A DNA stretch of 61,737 nt, the filler included. It is 6 parts of 6 records of this genome, joined end to end, with 100 filler letters (N's around TTAATTAATTAA, not from the genome) between each part and the next. Parts side by side here need not be neighbours in the genome. Positions count along the whole stretch, not along the records: positions 1 to 15,768 come from SRR20825019_2062; 5 more parts are not named here. One strand, given 5' to 3'. The notes below the pieces were generated by a model. The model had not been told where the DNA came from, searched no databases, and saw only the letters and a program-made list of their open reading frames with translations. The position numbers were made by a program, and so were the translations under genes. Positions 1 to 12,390 of the stretch are shown one piece after another. The number at the start of each line of letters is the position of its first letter. Position 1 is the first letter of the stretch.

Positions 1-276
1 TGGTTGTTTGTTGCCGTAGGTGTTTTCCATCTTAATGATGTAAACTAATTTGGCGGTTGTGCCTAATTCTTTAGTAAGGGCAACTTTTAGAATTTTAACG
101 TAATGCTCTTCAAGCCATTCGTAAAAGAATTTACTTGGCACCTGAATACTAAGCGCATTGTCAGTTAGCTTAACTGCCTTAATCGGCTCGAACCAAGTTT
201 TGTACGCTTGCGAAGTTATATTATCTTCGATGAAGGACAAACAATTGTTCCAAACTGTTTCTGCAGTTTTACCCAT
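1..276 (-). CDS. dnaA: Chromosomal replication initiator DnaA, N-terminal part (truncated by window edge)
   Basis: Manual translation from ATG at 276: MGKTAETVWNNCLSFIEDNITSQAYKTWFEPIKAV...IQVPSKFFYEWLEEHY, typical Bacteroidetes DnaA domain I. Absent from the ORF track because it runs off the edge. Confidence 0.93.
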   Translation of the reverse strand, partial: MGKTAETVWNNCLSFIEDNITSQAYKTWFEPIKAVKLTDNALSIQVPSKFFYEWLEEHYVKILKVALTKELGTTAKLVYIIKMENTYGNKQP

Positions 277-469
277 AGTTAAATATTCTGTTTTTATAAT
301 TTAAAAAGTGTGGTTAAAAAATATGGGGATGGAGTGTTTCCGAGTTATTTCTTAACAGTGCAAATATGTGAACAAAAAAGTTATAAAAAAAACCACATTA
401 GGGTTGAATTTTTAGTTTTTTTTCGCCATACTTCTCTTTCGATAAAACTACAAAAAAACTTTCTTTAAT

Positions 470-883
470 TTGGAAAAAACTTTGAAGAATACTTATACAA
501 ATATTAGAGTGCGTTATGGTGAAACAGACCAAATGGGTATTGTTTACTACGGTAACTACGCACAATTCCTCGAACAAGGAAGGACAGAATGGTTGCGAGA
601 ACTTGGTTTTTCATATAAGTGGATGGAGGCCAATAATGTGCATTTACCTGTGGTGCATTTTAGCATAGATTACAAGTTGCCAGCATATTACGATGATTTA
701 TTGACGATAAAGACAAGCTTAAAAAAATTACCGTCAGTGAAAATTGAATTTTATTATGAAATTTATAATGAAGCCAATCAGCTATTAATAACTGCAACTA
801 CAATTTTGGTTTTTGTGAACAGTTCAACTAAAAAATTAATGAAGGCGCCAGATTATTTACTTGAAAAATTAAAAGAAAAATAA
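470..883 (+). CDS. Acyl-CoA thioesterase, YbgC/4HBT family
   Basis: RVRYGETDQMGIVYYGNY motif; hot-dog fold size. Confidence 0.9.
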   Translation: MEKTLKNTYTNIRVRYGETDQMGIVYYGNYAQFLEQGRTEWLRELGFSYKWMEANNVHLPVVHFSIDYKLPAYYDDLLTIKTSLKKLPSVKIEFYYEIYNEANQLLITATTILVFVNSSTKKLMKAPDYLLEKLKEK

Positions 884-886
884 CTG

Positions 887-1501
887 CTATTCAGTGTTTT
901 TTATTGAAACTTTATAGGTGTTTTCAAACAGTTCGAAGACTCGATTTGCTTCTTTTTTTCGTACAGAAATTTCGAACTCGCAAGCAAGCTCCATTTTTTG
1001 ATTTACAACAGTAATATCTTCATCTTTAATAATACGCATTACGGTATTCATTTCTGGATATTCAAATTTTATATGAAATGTTTCATCGATAGTTTTTTCT
1101 ACAATCCTACAGGTTTCCAAGGCCAATTGTGCGCTGGTTTTGTATGCTTGGATTAAACCACCAACTCCTAATTTTGTGCCGCCAAAATAACGGACAACCA
1201 CAACTAAAACATTGGTAACATCAAACGATTGAAGCTGTCCATAAATAGGCATTCCTGCGCTATTTGAAGGTTCGCCATCGTCATTTGCGCGGTAGTTTTC
1301 ATAGCTTTTGCCCAATTGCCACGCATAGCACCAATGACGAGCGCTATGATGTTGCTTTTTTAGGTTTTCAATATGTTCTTTTATTTCTTCTTCTGAAGCA
1401 ACTGGAAACGCATATCCAAAAAACTTACTTCCTTTTTCTTTAAAAAGAGTTTCTTCTGAAGGTTTTAAAATAGTTTTATACGTATCTTTTTCCATCACCA
1501 T
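887..1501 (-). CDS. YigZ/IMPACT family protein
   Basis: KGSKF, ARHWCYAW, DDGEPSNSAG and VVVRYFGGTKLGVGGLI motifs. Confidence 0.92.
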   Translation of the reverse strand: MVMEKDTYKTILKPSEETLFKEKGSKFFGYAFPVASEEEIKEHIENLKKQHHSARHWCYAWQLGKSYENYRANDDGEPSNSAGMPIYGQLQSFDVTNVLVVVVRYFGGTKLGVGGLIQAYKTSAQLALETCRIVEKTIDETFHIKFEYPEMNTVMRIIKDEDITVVNQKMELACEFEISVRKKEANRVFELFENTYKVSIKNTE

Positions 1502-2367
1502 TTTTCCAAAGCTATTAGTAAAATACCGAATACAGCCAATGCAATTCCAATCCAGTTTTTAGTTAGAATTTTTTCTTTGAAAAGTAAAATACCTAAAATT
1601 GTTGAAAGCATTACAATAGCAACATTATTTAATGTGAAGATGCCAGAGCTCTCTAAAATATCACTGCGCAATGCTTGAACTAAAAAATATACCGAAAAAT
1701 AATTCGGAATTCCTAAAGCAATTCCGCCCAAAATATTTTTAAACTGAAACGTGAATTTCCCTTTAATTGCTTGTGCGCAAAGTATAAAAACTCCTAAAGT
1801 AGCGGCTGTTGCGAAAATAGTAGCTGAAAAAATTGGAGTATCGTTTTTAGCCACATATTCACCTTCTAAATATTTAATAGTGGTGTCGATAATTCCACTT
1901 CCTAAAAATACCAACACCGGAAATATAAAGTTTGAGGCTTTTATTTTTAACCCGTCTTTTGTTTTAATGGAAGCAAGATAAACTGCTGTTAATGCTAATA
2001 AAATCCCAAAAAACTTTAAAATCCCCAAACTTTCCTTGTAATATACCAATCCAAAAACAATTGGAATTACCACACTCATTTTTGTTGCTACAGAAACCAC
2101 TGAAAGTCCGCTGCGCTGTGTTGTTAATGCCATTAAAATGAAAACAAGTATAAACATGGCTCCAAGTGCCAATGCAAACGGAAACCAGCTATATTGTGGG
2201 ATTGCTGAGAAGTTTATTTCACTGTTTTGAAGGCTAAAGCCACAAAAACTAGCTACCATATAATTTACTACAATAGCGTGTAGCGTATTAATTTTAAACT
2301 TTGAGTATAGTTTAAAAACCACAAAAATTAATGTGGAAGAAAGAATGCTGAGCGAAAGAGCTATCAA
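1495..2367 (-). CDS. EamA/DMT family transporter
   Basis: About 10 hydrophobic helices in a duplicated arrangement; ends with LFKEK...NWIGI. Confidence 0.8.
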   Translation of the reverse strand: MIALSLSILSSTLIFVVFKLYSKFKINTLHAIVVNYMVASFCGFSLQNSEINFSAIPQYSWFPFALALGAMFILVFILMALTTQRSGLSVVSVATKMSVVIPIVFGLVYYKESLGILKFFGILLALTAVYLASIKTKDGLKIKASNFIFPVLVFLGSGIIDTTIKYLEGEYVAKNDTPIFSATIFATAATLGVFILCAQAIKGKFTFQFKNILGGIALGIPNYFSVYFLVQALRSDILESSGIFTLNNVAIVMLSTILGILLFKEKILTKNWIGIALAVFGILLIALEKW

Positions 2368-3410
2368 AATTGTTGGTTTTTAAATAGTTGTAAAATGTCT
2401 TCTTTTATTTTCTTTTCAGAAACTAAAAATTTCTGGAGTATGGGAGCTTTTATGCCTTCTCCAAATTTTTGTTTTCCTATAAAAACATAGGCTTCATCCC
2501 AAAGATTTGCGTCTATAAAAGTTTGTAGTGTTTTAGCGCCCCCTTCAACAATTAATGATTGAATTTCTTGTTCGTGCAAGAGCTTTGAAATCTGTAATGC
2601 CAAGTCTTTTGAAAAATCAATTTTTAGGTGTTGAATCTTGTTTGATTTAGCTTCATTTTCGGTTAAAATAAAAGTTTTTACACTTCCGTCAAACACAACA
2701 AAATCATCTGGGGTTTTTAAGCTTTTATCAATAATAAAACGTGTTGGGTTTTCGCCAATCCATTCCCGTGCGGTTAACGACGGATTATCTTGCAAAACCG
2801 TATTTGTTCCAACAAGTATTGCTTGCTCTTCACAACGCATCTTATGTACAAGTTGGCGTGAGTATTTATTAGTAATCCAAACAGGTTTAGTTTCTTTTCG
2901 AGTGTTGTTTTTAGGAGCTATAAACCCATCAATAGTTTGTGCCCATTTCAAAAATATATAGGGTCTTTTCTTGCTGTGAAATGTAAAAAATCGCTTATTT
3001 AATGCATCGCATTCGTTTTCCAAAACCCCAATTATCACTTCACAACCAGCTTCAAGTAGCTTTTTTACACCGCGGCCTGCTACTTTTGGATTTGGGTCTG
3101 TGCTGCCAATTACTACTTTTCTTATTCCGCTTTCAATAATTAAATTGGCACAGGGCGGTGTTTTTCCAAAATGACTACAAGGCTCTAAACTTACATAAAT
3201 AGTAGCGTCTTTTAGGAGCGATGTATCTGAAACACTCACAACTGCATTTACTTCGGCATGTGGTAACCCAGCTTTATAATGCCAACCTTCGCCAATAATT
3301 TTATTATTATGAACAATAACACTACCTACCAATGGATTTGGGCAGGTAGTACCCAATCCGTTTTTGGCTAGTTGAATGCAACGCAACATATATTTTTCGT
3401 GTATCTTCAC
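2364..3410 (-). CDS. ribD: Bifunctional riboflavin deaminase/reductase RibD
   Basis: PNPLVG, HAE, SLEPCSHFGKTPPC and VEGG motifs. Start moved to GTG at 3410 to avoid overlapping the GNAT gene. Confidence 0.95.
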   Translation of the reverse strand: MKIHEKYMLRCIQLAKNGLGTTCPNPLVGSVIVHNNKIIGEGWHYKAGLPHAEVNAVVSVSDTSLLKDATIYVSLEPCSHFGKTPPCANLIIESGIRKVVIGSTDPNPKVAGRGVKKLLEAGCEVIIGVLENECDALNKRFFTFHSKKRPYIFLKWAQTIDGFIAPKNNTRKETKPVWITNKYSRQLVHKMRCEEQAILVGTNTVLQDNPSLTAREWIGENPTRFIIDKSLKTPDDFVVFDGSVKTFILTENEAKSNKIQHLKIDFSKDLALQISKLLHEQEIQSLIVEGGAKTLQTFIDANLWDEAYVFIGKQKFGEGIKAPILQKFLVSEKKIKEDILQLFKNQQF

Positions 3411-3437
3411 AGCGTAAAAATACAAGGATTTAATTAG

Positions 3438-3923
3438 ATGAACACCCCAATAATTCGTCTTATTGAAAAGAAAGACAACCCCCAAATAGCCAAAGTGATA
3501 CGAAGCGTTTTGGAAGATTTCAATGTTCCTAAAGTTGGCACCGCATATGCAGATGCTGCCTTAGATTGTATGTTTGAAACCTACAATAAGCCTTTTTCAG
3601 CCTATTTTGTAGTTGAAGAAAATAACAAAATTATCGGCGGTGCTGGTGTTGCAAAACTCGATAATTATGAAGGAAATGTATGTGAGCTTCAAAAAATGTA
3701 TTTTCTTACTGAAGCCCGTGGCAAAGGGATTGGCGCGCAAATGATGGAGCATTGTTTAGCCAAAGCGCGCGAATTTGGTTTCGAAAAAATCTATTTAGAA
3801 ACCATGGAATATATGACGCACGCACAAAAACTATACAAACAGTCGGGTTTTGAATATATTGAATGCGCCCTAGGCGACACCGGTCATTATTCCTGCCCAG
3901 TCCACATGTTGAAAACCTTATAA
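3438..3923 (+). CDS. GNAT family N-acetyltransferase
   Basis: ELQKMYF..EARGKGIG acetyl-CoA binding motif; YLET; A.KLY..GF. Confidence 0.9.
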   Translation: MNTPIIRLIEKKDNPQIAKVIRSVLEDFNVPKVGTAYADAALDCMFETYNKPFSAYFVVEENNKIIGGAGVAKLDNYEGNVCELQKMYFLTEARGKGIGAQMMEHCLAKAREFGFEKIYLETMEYMTHAQKLYKQSGFEYIECALGDTGHYSCPVHMLKTL

Positions 3924-3925
3924 TT

Positions 3926-4795
3926 TTGATTTTAAAAGAATTAAGACAGTATTTTACAAATTCGTTATCGGATTTATACCCTTCGGAAGAAATTCAATCT
4001 TTCTTTACGATACTTTCTGAAAAGCACCTTCAACTTTCCCGAATAGAAATAGCCTTGAATCCTGATAAAGAAGTTTCAACGGAAACTAAAGCGATATTTC
4101 AAAAAGCATTACTTCAACTAAAAAATAATGAACCCATTCAATATATAATAGGTGAAACAGAATTTTATGGTTTGCCTTTTAACGTAAATAAACACACTCT
4201 AATTCCGCGACCAGAAACGGAAGAATTGGTTGAATGGATTCTTAGTGAAGAAAAAAAAAATCAAACTAAAGAAACGAAACTTAACATACTGGATATTGGT
4301 ACTGGCAGTGGTTGCATCGCTATTTCACTTGCAAAAAACCTTCCAATTTCAATTGTTTCAGCTATAGATATTTCTGAAGAAGCGTTAAAAGTTGCGCGTC
4401 AAAATGCTAAAAACAATCAAGTTGAGGTGAATTTCTTTCAAACAGATATTTTGAAAACTGCGCAACTACCTGAAAAATACGACCTAATTGTGTCCAATCC
4501 TCCATACGTACGCGAATTGGAAAAAAAGATGATGCAGCAAAATGTTTTAAAACACGAGCCTGATTCAGCATTGTTTGTGTCTGATACAGACCCGTTGCTG
4601 TTTTATCGTGTAATTTCTCAATTAGCAAAAAAGCATTTGAAACCTGAAGGAAATCTGTTTTTCGAGATTAATGAGTACCTTAGTGAAGAACTAAAAGCAT
4701 TTCTAAAAAAAGAAGGTTTTCAGAATGTTGAAGTAAAAAAAGACATTTTCGGAAAAAATAGAATGATCAAATGCAACTTAAATGAACGACCTTAA
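3926..4795 (+). CDS. prmC: Release factor glutamine methyltransferase PrmC/HemK
   Basis: EPIQYI, LIPRPETEEL, LDIGTGSGCIA and SNPPY motifs. Probable TTG start at 3926. Confidence 0.95.
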   Translation: MILKELRQYFTNSLSDLYPSEEIQSFFTILSEKHLQLSRIEIALNPDKEVSTETKAIFQKALLQLKNNEPIQYIIGETEFYGLPFNVNKHTLIPRPETEELVEWILSEEKKNQTKETKLNILDIGTGSGCIAISLAKNLPISIVSAIDISEEALKVARQNAKNNQVEVNFFQTDILKTAQLPEKYDLIVSNPPYVRELEKKMMQQNVLKHEPDSALFVSDTDPLLFYRVISQLAKKHLKPEGNLFFEINEYLSEELKAFLKKEGFQNVEVKKDIFGKNRMIKCNLNERP

Positions 4796-5372
4796 TAAAA
4801 TATGTGTTTTCTGTGGAAGTAGTGATGGTAATGATCTTGCAATTACAGATGCCGCAAAAAAGCTAGGAGAAATCTTCGCAGAACGGAATATAACCTTGGT
4901 GTATGGTGCCGCCAAAATTGGAGTAATGGGAACTATAGCCAAAAGCGTTTTGGACAATAAAGGAAAAGTAATTGGTATTATCCCAAATTTTCTTAAGAAA
5001 AAGGAAGTTGTACATCTTGGTCTTACTCAGCTTATTACCACACAAAACATGCATGAGCGTAAAATGAAGATGCAGGAGGAAAGTGATGGTTTTATAACTC
5101 TTCCTGGCGGAATGGGAACTTTCGAAGAACTGTTTGAAATTTGTACCTGGCTACAATTAGGACTACATCAAAAACCAATTGGGTTATTAAATGTAAATGG
5201 ATTTTATAATGATCTAATTAATATGCTTGAAACGATGGTACGTAAAGGTTTTCTTTCAATGGAAAATTACAGCCTTCTTTTGGTAGACTCAAACCCAACC
5301 ATTCTTTTAAAAAAAATGGAAGAATTTAAGAGACCCAACCTACCAAAGTGGCTAGATTCTGACAAAACTTAA
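4782..5372 (+). CDS. LOG family nucleotide phosphoribohydrolase
   Basis: ICVFCGSS, MHERK and PGGMGTFEE motifs. Confidence 0.92.
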   Translation: MNDLNKICVFCGSSDGNDLAITDAAKKLGEIFAERNITLVYGAAKIGVMGTIAKSVLDNKGKVIGIIPNFLKKKEVVHLGLTQLITTQNMHERKMKMQEESDGFITLPGGMGTFEELFEICTWLQLGLHQKPIGLLNVNGFYNDLINMLETMVRKGFLSMENYSLLLVDSNPTILLKKMEEFKRPNLPKWLDSDKT

Positions 5373-5444
5373 TGAATTATTAACATTTTAGCCTTCGTTT
5401 TTAACAAATTGATTTTTTAAGCATTCCGTTTTCATAACTTTAAA

Positions 5445-6176
5445 ATGTCTAACCCTTTAAACATTTTGAATATGAATTCTTCAAAAAAGTATTTTGCTGA
5501 AGCTCTCGGCACTTTTGCACTTGTTTTATTTGGCTGTGGTGCAGCTACCATTGCGAGTGTAACCGAGTCTGGTCCTGTAGGTATTGGTATCTTAGGAATT
5601 GCCTTAGCCTTTGGTTTTGCCGTAGTAGTAATGGCTTACACTATTGGTCCTATTTCTGGATGCCACATTAATCCAGCAATTTCAATCGCTATGCTTGCTG
5701 CAGGAAAGCTTTCTGCTAAAGACACAGTAGGTTATGTAATCTCACAATGTATTGGTGCAATTGTAGCGGCAGCGCTCCTGTATATGCTTGCCACCGGAAG
5801 TGCTGGTTTTTCAATGCCCGAATGGGGTTTAGGATCCAATGGTTGGGGCGCTGGCTACGGGGGTGAATATAATATGACCTCCGCACTTATCGCTGAATTT
5901 GTATTTACATTTCTGTTTTTGATGGTGATTTTTGGAACTACTTCCTCAAAAAATACATCTCCAATGATGGCAGGACTTGCAATAGGTGTTTCCTTAGTAT
6001 TAATCCATATGGTTGCAATTCCAATTACAGGAACCTCTGTTAACCCAGCACGTAGTTTAGGTCCAGCACTTTTTTCTGGTGGTATGGCTTTACAGCAACT
6101 TTGGCTTTTTATTGTAGCGCCAATTGCAGGCGGACTCTGCGCAGCATTGGTTCGTAATATCTTCGTTGAAGATTGA
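5445..6176 (+). CDS. aqpZ: Aquaporin Z / MIP channel
   Basis: Two NPA motifs (SGCHINPA, SVNPARS). Start could be 5472. Confidence 0.9.
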   Translation: MSNPLNILNMNSSKKYFAEALGTFALVLFGCGAATIASVTESGPVGIGILGIALAFGFAVVVMAYTIGPISGCHINPAISIAMLAAGKLSAKDTVGYVISQCIGAIVAAALLYMLATGSAGFSMPEWGLGSNGWGAGYGGEYNMTSALIAEFVFTFLFLMVIFGTTSSKNTSPMMAGLAIGVSLVLIHMVAIPITGTSVNPARSLGPALFSGGMALQQLWLFIVAPIAGGLCAALVRNIFVED

Positions 6177-6203
6177 TTTAAATACCTTAAAAAGTAATTT
6201 TTT

Positions 6204-6259
6204 GCCACGAAAGCACGAATATCATTTTATATATTCGTGTTTTTGTGGTTCTTTTTTTT
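6204..6259 (+). terminator. Long hairpin followed by a T-tract; likely intrinsic terminator after aqpZ
   Basis: gccacgaaagcacgaatat (6204-6222) pairs with atattcgtgtttttgtggt (6231-6249), followed by tctttttttt. Confidence 0.7.
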
Positions 6260-6261
6260 GA

Positions 6262-8298
<2,037 letters not shown>

Positions 8299-8354
8299 TT
8301 AAAGAAAAATAAAAGCCAAAAAAACTATTTTTACAACCTAAGAGAGGCGCTAAG

Positions 8355-8870
8355 ATGTTACGAAAAGTAAAACAATATTCTTTAAAAAAAACTACTGAAA
8401 AAAATCTGTTAGCGCGTGATATTTCTGCAAGAAATGCTTCATTAACAACCTTAGGGTTTTTAATTGACGAAACTTTTTTTGATGATTTTGAAATGTTTTA
8501 TGAATTTGGCAACGAACTTGGACTGCACGCAAAAGATGTGAAGTTATTCACTTTTGTGAAAACAAAAAAAAAGATACCAAGCTTACGGCATAATCAAATT
8601 ACGAATAAGGAGTTTAATTGGCGAGGAGAAATTATTAACCAAAACGCGCAGGATTTTCTTGAACTTCCTTTTGATGTTTTAATAGGGTTTTACAAAGGTC
8701 GCCAAGAATATATGGCGGCTATGGTTTCTAGAAGCAGGGCTAAATTTAAAATTGGATTTAATGGTGCTGATGAACGTCTTTTCGATCTTTTGCTGGCCTC
8801 AGATATGCAAAAACCAGAATTTTTTAAAAGTGAAGTAAAAAAATATTTAAAAGCTTTTAATAAAATTTGA
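8355..8870 (+). CDS. Conserved Bacteroidetes hypothetical protein upstream of dapA
   Basis: FDVLI..Y and SRAKFKIG motifs; usual position between ligA and dapA. Confidence 0.7.
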   Translation: MLRKVKQYSLKKTTEKNLLARDISARNASLTTLGFLIDETFFDDFEMFYEFGNELGLHAKDVKLFTFVKTKKKIPSLRHNQITNKEFNWRGEIINQNAQDFLELPFDVLIGFYKGRQEYMAAMVSRSRAKFKIGFNGADERLFDLLLASDMQKPEFFKSEVKKYLKAFNKI

Positions 8871-8902
8871 CACAATAAATTAATAAAATCGATACTAAAA
8901 AA

Positions 8903-9778
8903 ATGAAAGAACTGATAGGGACAGGTGTAGCTTTAATCACTCCTTTTAAAAATGATTTTTCCGTAGATGTGGAAGGGTTAAAAAAAGTTGTGAATTATAA
9001 TATTGAAAATGGAATTGATTACTTGGTTGTTTTAGGCACAACTGCGGAGAGCGCGACACTCACTAAAGTAGAAAAGCAGCTTGTAATAGACACAATTATT
9101 TCAGCAAATGATGGGCGTTTGCCATTGGTTTTGGGTATTGGAAGCAACAACACACAAGAGGTTATTGATGAAATGAATACACGTGATCTTTCAGCATTTA
9201 CAGCAATTCTTTCAGTTTCTCCATTTTACAATAAACCTACGCAAGAAGGTGTTTATCAGCATTTTGCTGCAATTGCAAAAGTGGCTCCTTTGCCAATAAT
9301 CCTTTATAATGTGCCGGGCAGAACTGCTTCAAATATGCTTCCTGAAACTGTGATTAGGCTGGCAAACGATTTTGAGAAAATCGTAGCTATAAAAGAAGCT
9401 GCAGGCGATATTGTACAAGCTATGAAATTAATAGCTGGATGTCCAAAAGATTTCTTAGTAATTTCTGGCGACGATATGATAACATTGCCAATGGTTCTTG
9501 CTGGTGGAGCTGGGGTAATTTCTGTAATTGGTGAAGGTTTTCCAAAAGAATTTTCAAAAATGGTAAAATTAGGCTTAGACAGGAAAGTGAACGAAGCGTA
9601 TCAAATCCATTATAAAATTGCGCCTGCAATCGATTATATTTTTGCCGAAGGAAATCCGGCAGGAATAAAAGCTGTTTTTAAGGCTTTGAGTATTTGTGAT
9701 GATACTGTAAGGCTTCCGTTAGTGGGAGTTAGCGATGGTTTGAGAGCTAAAATAGATTCATTTGTAAAAGAATTTTAA
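8903..9778 (+). CDS. dapA: 4-hydroxy-tetrahydrodipicolinate synthase
   Basis: GTTAES, YNVPGRT, IKEA and SGDD motifs. Confidence 0.97.
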   Translation: MKELIGTGVALITPFKNDFSVDVEGLKKVVNYNIENGIDYLVVLGTTAESATLTKVEKQLVIDTIISANDGRLPLVLGIGSNNTQEVIDEMNTRDLSAFTAILSVSPFYNKPTQEGVYQHFAAIAKVAPLPIILYNVPGRTASNMLPETVIRLANDFEKIVAIKEAAGDIVQAMKLIAGCPKDFLVISGDDMITLPMVLAGGAGVISVIGEGFPKEFSKMVKLGLDRKVNEAYQIHYKIAPAIDYIFAEGNPAGIKAVFKALSICDDTVRLPLVGVSDGLRAKIDSFVKEF

Positions 9779-9900
9779 AACCATTTCAATTTCTTAGAAA
9801 GTTAAATATTTCAAAAGGCTTGCAAATAATGGTCTTGAGCGCAATATTTTAGCTGAATAATAAGTTTGTTCAATCATGTTTAATTTCCTATTTTTGCACG

Positions 9901-10725
9901 ATGTTTTTTAAGCCCATGCGATTACCTATTTTCACAATACTTTGCCTTACTATTTTTCTTTCATCTTGTAGCCAATATCAGAAGGTGCTTCGGAAGGACG
10001 ATATGGGTAAAAAATATGCCTTTGCTGATTCTCTTTATAAAAAGGGTAAGTATCGAAAAAGTTTGAAGTTGATGGAGCAAATAGTGCCTTCATACCGCGG
10101 AAAACCACAAGGCGAAAAACTAATGTTTATATATGCTAATACGTATTATAATTTAGAAGATTTTTACCTTTCTGGGTATCAGTTTGAACGTTTTACGCAA
10201 GCATATCCACAAAGTGATAGTGCTGAAGTTGCTTCCTTTAAAGCAGCAAAAAGTTTTTACCAACTTTCACCAAGATATTCTTTAGATCAAAAAGACACGG
10301 GTAAAGGGCTGGAAAAGTTGCAGGAGTTTATTAATAAATATCCAAATTCAACTAAAAGAGTGGAGGCAAATACACTGGTAGCCGAGCTAACTGCAAAATT
10401 AGAAAAGAAAGAATTTGAAACTGCAAAACAATATTTGCGAGTTGAAGATTATAAAGCTGCAATTGATGCTTTTGATAATTTTATAACAGATAACCCAGGC
10501 TCGAAGCTTAGAAAAGATGCCTTTTACGGAAGGTTTATAGCTGCATACAAATTGGCTGTAAATAGTATTCCATCGCTTGTTCAAGAACGATTGGTAACTG
10601 CAAAAGGATATTATAACAACTTTATGAAGTATTATAAAGATACAGATTTAGCGCCAGAAGCGATAGAGATTTTTCAGGACATTGAAGCTAAAACTGTAAC
10701 CACAGAAAAAGAACCCACAAGTTAA
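9901..10725 (+). CDS. bamD: Outer membrane protein assembly lipoprotein BamD
   Basis: Lipobox (LSSC), TPR-like helices and SPRYSLDQ. Start may be 9919; TATTTTTG promoter element at 9889-9896. Confidence 0.88.
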   Translation: MFFKPMRLPIFTILCLTIFLSSCSQYQKVLRKDDMGKKYAFADSLYKKGKYRKSLKLMEQIVPSYRGKPQGEKLMFIYANTYYNLEDFYLSGYQFERFTQAYPQSDSAEVASFKAAKSFYQLSPRYSLDQKDTGKGLEKLQEFINKYPNSTKRVEANTLVAELTAKLEKKEFETAKQYLRVEDYKAAIDAFDNFITDNPGSKLRKDAFYGRFIAAYKLAVNSIPSLVQERLVTAKGYYNNFMKYYKDTDLAPEAIEIFQDIEAKTVTTEKEPTS

Positions 10726-10736
10726 TAAATTATATT

Positions 10737-11066
10737 ATGGACATTAAAAATTCAGAAGCACCTATCAATACTGTTACTTTAGACAAGAACTTGATTGATG
10801 CACCAACCAACAATATTTACGAAGCTATTTCGATTATTTCGAAGAGAGCTTCACAAATTAATGGTGATATTAAAAAAGAACTTCTAGAGAAACTTGATGA
10901 GTTTGCAACTTATAACGACAGTTTAGAAGAGATTTTTGAAAACAAAGAGCAAATTGAAGTTTCAAAATTCTACGAAAAACTTCCAAAACCACACGCTTTA
11001 GCAGTACAAGAATGGTTAGAAAATAAAATCTACCATAGAAATACTGCAGACGAAGTAGTAGAGTAA
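10737..11066 (+). CDS. rpoZ: RNA polymerase omega subunit (Bacteroidetes type)
   Basis: NIYEAISIISKRA and EQIEVSKFYEKLPKP motifs; bamD-rpoZ-coaBC order. Confidence 0.85.
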   Translation: MDIKNSEAPINTVTLDKNLIDAPTNNIYEAISIISKRASQINGDIKKELLEKLDEFATYNDSLEEIFENKEQIEVSKFYEKLPKPHALAVQEWLENKIYHRNTADEVVE

Positions 11067-11163
11067 GCGCCTAGCCCCGAAAGGGAAACAGTACGTATAG
11101 TAACATTAGCAATTCTGAACGCTACGTATTGGCTGTTAAATACTTAATACTGAATACTGAATC

Positions 11164-12390
11164 ATGGCTGTTTTAAACGGGAAAAATATCTTGCTTGGCG
11201 TTACCGGCGGGATTGCCGCGTACAAAGCAGCTTTTTTAGTTAGGCTTCTAACTAAAAAAGGGGCCAATGTAAAAGTTGTAATGACTACTGCTGCAAAGGA
11301 GTTTGTTACGCCTTTAACCCTTTCTACACTCTCAAAAAATGAGGTGTATTCATCTTTCACAAATGATGAAGCTGATTCCGATAATTTTCAGGAACCAACA
11401 TGGAATAACCATGTGGAACTTGCACTTTGGGCTGATTTAATTTTAATAGCTCCAGCCACAGCAAATACGATGTCCAAAATGGCACATGGTAGCTGCGACA
11501 ATCTTTTATTGGCTATTTATCTTTCTGCAAAATGTCCTGTTTATTATGCTCCAGCAATGGATTTGGATATGTACAAGCATCCAACCACCAATGCGGTTTT
11601 TGAAAAATTAAATAACTTCGGAAATATTCAAATTCCAGCAGCATTTGGGGAACTTGCAAGCGGATTAGTAGGGCAGGGAAGAATGGCGGAACCTGAAGAA
11701 ATTATTTTATTTCTTGAGAATGATATTTTGAAAAAACTTCCACTTCGTGGGAAGAAAATGCTAATTACAGCTGGGCCAACCTATGAAGCTATTGATCCCG
11801 TTCGTTTTATAGGAAATCATTCTAGTGGGAAAATGGGGTATGCAATTGCAGAAGCAGCTGCCAATCTAGGTGCTGAGGTTGTTTTAGTTTCGGGTCCTGT
11901 AAACCTAAAACTCGAAAATGATTTTGTGAAAATTATACATATTACTTCAGCCGAAGAAATGTATAAAGCTGCACATCAATATTTCGAAAGTAGCGATATT
12001 GCTGTTTTAAGCGCTGCCGTTGCAGATTATCGACCTTTAGAAATTGCTTCAGAAAAAATAAAAAAGAAAACAGAAGATCTTTCACTTCAACTTACAAAAA
12101 CCAAAGATATTCTGGCTTCTTTAGGTGAAATAAAGCAAAAACAATTCCTAGTAGGTTTTGCACTAGAAACAGAAAATGAAGAAGAAAATGCAAAATTGAA
12201 ACTCAAAAAAAAGAATTTAGATTTAATTGTGTTAAATTCGCTTCGAGACAAAGGTGCTGGTTTTAAAACAGACACCAATAAAATTACTTTAATTACGAAA
12301 GACAATAAAGTGCTTCCTTTTCCTGTTAAACCTAAAAAAGAAGTAGCAATAGATATTTTAGAATATATTATAGAACAGACAAATGCGTAA
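11164..12390 (+). CDS. coaBC: Phosphopantothenoylcysteine decarboxylase/ligase CoaBC
   Basis: GGIAAYK, APATAN, PAM, TAGPT.E.IDPVRFIGNHSSGKMG and GFALET motifs. Confidence 0.97.
   Translation: MAVLNGKNILLGVTGGIAAYKAAFLVRLLTKKGANVKVVMTTAAKEFVTPLTLSTLSKNEVYSSFTNDEADSDNFQEPTWNNHVELALWADLILIAPATANTMSKMAHGSCDNLLLAIYLSAKCPVYYAPAMDLDMYKHPTTNAVFEKLNNFGNIQIPAAFGELASGLVGQGRMAEPEEIILFLENDILKKLPLRGKKMLITAGPTYEAIDPVRFIGNHSSGKMGYAIAEAAANLGAEVVLVSGPVNLKLENDFVKIIHITSAEEMYKAAHQYFESSDIAVLSAAVADYRPLEIASEKIKKKTEDLSLQLTKTKDILASLGEIKQKQFLVGFALETENEEENAKLKLKKKNLDLIVLNSLRDKGAGFKTDTNKITLITKDNKVLPFPVKPKKEVAIDILEYIIEQTNA

Noticed and set aside
277-469. Possible oriC next to dnaA
   Set aside because: Only one degenerate DnaA-box-like 9-mer (tgtgaacaa, 367-375) and no box cluster; at most an autoregulatory site
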